Shown here one piece after another: positions 61,704 to 64,000 of a DNA stretch of 64,000 nt. The translations under genes and the position numbers were made by a program. Under the pieces are notes generated by a model. The model worked only from the letters and a program-made list of their open reading frames with translations. It was not told where the DNA came from and did no database searches. Source of the DNA: Raillietiella orientalis (Eukaryota); the NCBI GenBank assembly GCA_036172245.1, contig JAYWIR010000063.1, positions 1 through 64,000 of the forward strand, written 5' to 3'. Each line of letters starts with the position of its first letter. Positions within the stretch are counted from its first letter, which is position 1.

Positions 61704-64000
61704 GCGCTGATGCGAGAGACTGGAGATCTCCCTGCTTCTTTCCGCTCAGCAACGGTGCGGCTCCTGCCGAAAGGCGGGGATTTGCGCCACCTCAACAACT
61801 GGCGTCCGATCACCATGGTGAATTCGGACGTCAAGTTGTTCTCGAAACTATGGGTCGCGCGGCTGGGGAGAATCTCAGAGTCCTTGGTAAGTCTGGAGCA
61901 GACGTATGCTGTTCCGGAACGGTCCATGGACGCGAATCTCTTCTTCGCGCGAACATGGTTCGAGTTGCAGCAGCGCGTGGCGCAGCAGAGCCAGGCAGCT
62001 GAAAGCGCCGCTGCCAAGAGCAAGAGGCGGTGCTCGAGGCACGATGTAACGCCAGGCGCCTTAGCAGTCGCCGTCATTCTCTGCAAAGCGTTCCACTGCG
62101 TAAACCAGGACCTCCTACTGGAGTTTCTGGGACGCCTAGACCTGCCGACGCCTCATCGCCTACCTGCGCTCTAGCTGGCACCACGCGTTATGCTGTATCT
62201 CTTTCAGTGCGCGCCACGTGTACGGCGTTCCCATACTGCTAGGTATCAGGCAGGGAGACAGCTTAAGCCCCCAGCTCTTCAGCACCTTCTTTGAGTTGGT
62301 GCTGAGGGCGTACAGGCTGACGCTGGCCAACCTACCGAGCTCGTGCTCGGGAACTCGGGCCGTGGCCGCCTATGCTGACGACCTTCTCCTTCTGCTGCCC
62401 ATGTCCACCCCGGCGTCCAGGCTCGAAGACTTCTTCGAACTCATTCGTCGGGGAGCGGGCCTGAGCGTCAACAGGATGAAATCGATCGTTGTACCTGTTG
62501 GCTCTACGTGGGAGGGGCAGTCCAACTGGATCCGCCTGGGGATCCCCACGGGCAGGTGCTTGAAGTACCTCGGCGTTTCCTTGGCGCCTTCTGTCCAACT
62601 GAAGCGTGGTAGGACTGCCTTCACAAGGCCGAGACTGCTCTGGGCCTGTTCCAACGCGGCAGGTTTCTCCTGTCGGAACGAGCCTTGGTGTGGAACATTT
62701 TCGTTGCCCCTCTCCTCCGTCCCCTCTTTTTTGTTTGTCCAACTCCCTACTCGGCTAAGCGTCGGGCGCAACGCCTGTTGCGTAACGCCCTGTGGGGACC
62801 GGTGAGGTCCAGGATCCGCCTCAAGGACTTGGCGGCTCCTTGGCGGGATGCAAGATCGGACATCCTGACGCTGGAGCGGATCGTATTGCAAGTGCAGTTC
62901 CGTATGCTGGCACTTTGCGCCCAGCTTTGGACTACTCCCTGGTGTGCTGCAGCGCCCCTGCTTCTGCGGCGCTGCACGTGTGGCGACGGACTGCGTTCGT
63001 TGCACCTGCGCATGGAGCGTGTCTTGAGAGGATTCGGCTTCCCTCTGAGGCAGATCGCCTCGCTTCTGAGAACGCATTCGTGGATCTCCTGTCGGCCGAC
63101 GAACCTCAATCCCTGGAGGCAGGAAGCCTTATCGTCCTGGGCAGCGCAAGAGGATGTGTCCCGTTTGTAACTCCATTGCGTGAACCTTTCCCCATACTGT
63201 CCAGTGGGGGAGGTGTTGGAAGACCAGGAACAGTGGACACGCCTAGCCGCTACGCCTCTCGCCGAAGCACTGTCTGCACTGATGGTGCGAGACGACAGTG
63301 ACCTACCGGCGAGGTGGGAGGTTGCTTGCGAAATCGCAGGCGAAACCCGACTGCCGGGCGGCTGGAGGACTTGCGATCTGGCACGCCTCGCCTTTGTGCT
63401 AAGGGACATCTCCGGTGGAGCGAGCTCCTCGGGGTGCCCCCCGATGAACTTGTGGCCCCTTCTCCATGCTTGGACGCGACAGTCTTCCCCCTTCGATGGA
63501 AACAGGATGCTTTTCTGCTGGTACATTGTGGTCTGTACTGCAACCAGCGCGCGCACCTGGTTTCCTGGGGAGATGCGTCCCCGAACAGTGCAACATGCGG
63601 AGCGGTGGAAGCGCTCCCGCATTTGCTATTCGAATTCGATGCCCTCCAGGAACTGTGGGAGCGGATGTCTCCAGCGCTCCTTCACCCCGGACACACCGCA
63701 AAGGTCTGGATGCGCCGCTTCTACACGCGTAGTGGTCTATCTGTGGGAGCGGTGTCGGAATCATCTGCTGCGTCCGCGCCAGTGTCAGCGCCCGCCACGT
63801 ATTGCAGCTGCGAGCGGTCCCAACATCGGTCCCGGACACTGCAGCCTACAACGTGCAACTGGCTGCCGGATGGCCACACATTGAAGCAGAATTGAGGGCG
63901 GAAATTGCTGGCATTCACCGCCGATTCTGAGAATAAGAACGGCTGAACTGCAGACCCCTATCCCCACCCTCCCATCATATTTTTTTATTTATTGTCCCCT
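61704..64000 (+). mobile_element. Host LINE fragment (N/W-like): RT to the start of the 3' UTR
   Basis: LMRETGDLP, WRPITMVNSDVK, GIRQGDSLSP, AYADD, CATCGAVEALPHLL; stop near 63928; runs off the window. Confidence 0.9.

Noticed and set aside
1..64000. LTR retrotransposon, group II intron, retron or DGR interpretation of the RTs
   Set aside because: No LTRs, protease or integrase are present. The APE-RT-CCHC layout, 5' truncations and TSDs indicate non-LTR elements.

Overview
Eukaryotic repeat-dense window. About 55 of the 64 kb is a nest of roughly 28 pieces of non-LTR retrotransposons (LINEs) of the L1 superfamily, most like the Tx1 clade. ORF1 carries two CX2CX4HX4C zinc knuckles. ORF2 is AP-like endonuclease (EN) + reverse transcriptase (RT) + C-terminal CCHC finger. 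Several divergent lineages are present, and a lower-GC, LINE-free island sits at ~18.8-25 kb. No ORF2 is intact. Main result: the nesting is not random. Each lineage is repeatedly found inserted at its own fixed position inside ORF2 of related LINEs, in DNA encoding conserved protein motifs: RT HKAFD (antisense, 3 insertions, 14-bp TSD), RT NA|DAK (antisense, 3), EN GDFN (sense, 3, 9- and 15-bp TSDs), linker VTLQ (antisense, 2) and linker LPxGFG/RNER (antisense, 3, looser register). The lineages share a 5' GCGGACGTGTTTT motif, a covarying 3'-UTR hairpin with a CTGCGN loop, an AATAAA + terminal hairpin without poly(A), and a stop/start overlap between ORF1 and ORF2 in which ATG is replaced by ACA in four copies. 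The letters K, D, N, V, G, W, A, M, S are my own working labels. The organism cannot be determined from the sequence, and similarities were judged by eye.
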